Positions 25,567-25,897 of a stretch of 25,897 bases of DNA are shown here, in pieces. Origin of the DNA: Bacteroidota bacterium (GTDB lineage Bacteria > Bacteroidota > Bacteroidia > Chitinophagales > Chitinophagaceae); NCBI GenBank assembly GCA_028877045.1, contig JAGWPQ010000332.1, forward strand, positions 1 through 25,897, given 5' to 3'. Both the position numbers and the translations under genes were made by a program. Within the stretch, counting starts at the first letter, position 1. The number at the start of each line of letters is the position of its first letter. The notes beneath the pieces were generated by a model, which was not told the origin of the DNA, did not search any database, and was given only the letters and a program-made list of their open reading frames with translations.

Positions 25567-25897
25567 ATGAGCAACCAAACAGAACACATTAATGAACCAA
25601 TTACAGAAGGCCAAAGTTTCAGAGACAGGATCGCAACCGTTGATGAATCAGGTAAACGTAAATGGGTTTTTGCACAAAGACCGCATGGTAAATTTTACAG
25701 TATCCGCAGCTGGTTAAGTTATTTGTATTTTATTGTGTTCTTTGGTTTGCCGTTTGTTCAAATCGATGGCCGGCCCTTGTTTTTATTTAATGTGCCTGCC
25801 GCAAGATTTATTTTATTTGGCAAGGTTTTCTGGCCCGAAGATTTTTTCATCTTCGGACTTACCATGGTAACTTTTGTTTTTTTTATTATTTTATTTA
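25567..25897 (+). CDS. ccoG: Cytochrome c oxidase accessory protein CcoG (5' part, runs off window)
   Basis: Hand translation gives MSNQTEH...SFRDRIATVDESGKRKWVFAQRPHGKFY...LPFVQIDGRPLFLFNV..ARFILFGKVFWPEDF, open to the window end. Confidence 0.92.
   Translation, partial: MSNQTEHINEPITEGQSFRDRIATVDESGKRKWVFAQRPHGKFYSIRSWLSYLYFIVFFGLPFVQIDGRPLFLFNVPAARFILFGKVFWPEDFFIFGLTMVTFVFFIILF

Noticed and set aside
1432-25614. Numerous alternative-frame and antisense ORFs in the track (for example 2016-2480, 11038-11430, 11813-12169, 19263-19580, 24368-24718)
   Set aside because: They all lie within well-supported genes, show no recognisable motifs and are typical shadow ORFs.
1877-25897. Functional coupling of the fucose/lactate operon with the cbb3/FNR locus
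   Set aside because: The two are separated by convergent, unrelated genes, and I found no FNR-like box upstream of lutA. Proximity alone is not evidence.

Overview
This is a gene-dense, AT-rich chromosomal window from a Bacteroidota genome. The lineage call is an inference from the fused ccoNO, TAnnTTTG promoters and protein style, and a Chitinophagaceae-like host is plausible. There are three parts. (1) 1-650 is the tail of an accessory module: REP-like inverted repeats and two tiny overlapping membrane-protein ORFs. (2) 840-14168 is an AraC regulator divergent from a probable 12-gene operon for non-phosphorylative (oxidative) L-fucose catabolism. It encodes LutABC lactate oxidation, a UxaA-family dehydratase, two SDRs, an FAH-family hydrolase, a mutarotase, a lactonase, FucP, a Zn-dependent dehydrogenase and a Tat-signal GH29 fucosidase. 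(3) 14350-25897 holds a GHL10 hydrolase, MarR and a radical SAM/SPASM gene, then an FNR-like regulator, a degenerate RIC/hemerythrin-like gene and the cbb3 oxidase locus (ccoI-S-NO-Q-P-G). The most notable observations are: no enolase-type fuconate dehydratase, with a UxaA-family enzyme apparently filling the step; an SDR with YxxxN in place of YxxxK; a recurring promoter architecture of two FNR-like ATGAY-N4-RTCAT boxes 22 bp apart; a RIC-like protein lacking most His iron ligands; and a CcoP with a duplicated signal-like/TM N-terminal module. No CRISPR array, tRNA, rRNA or transposase was seen.
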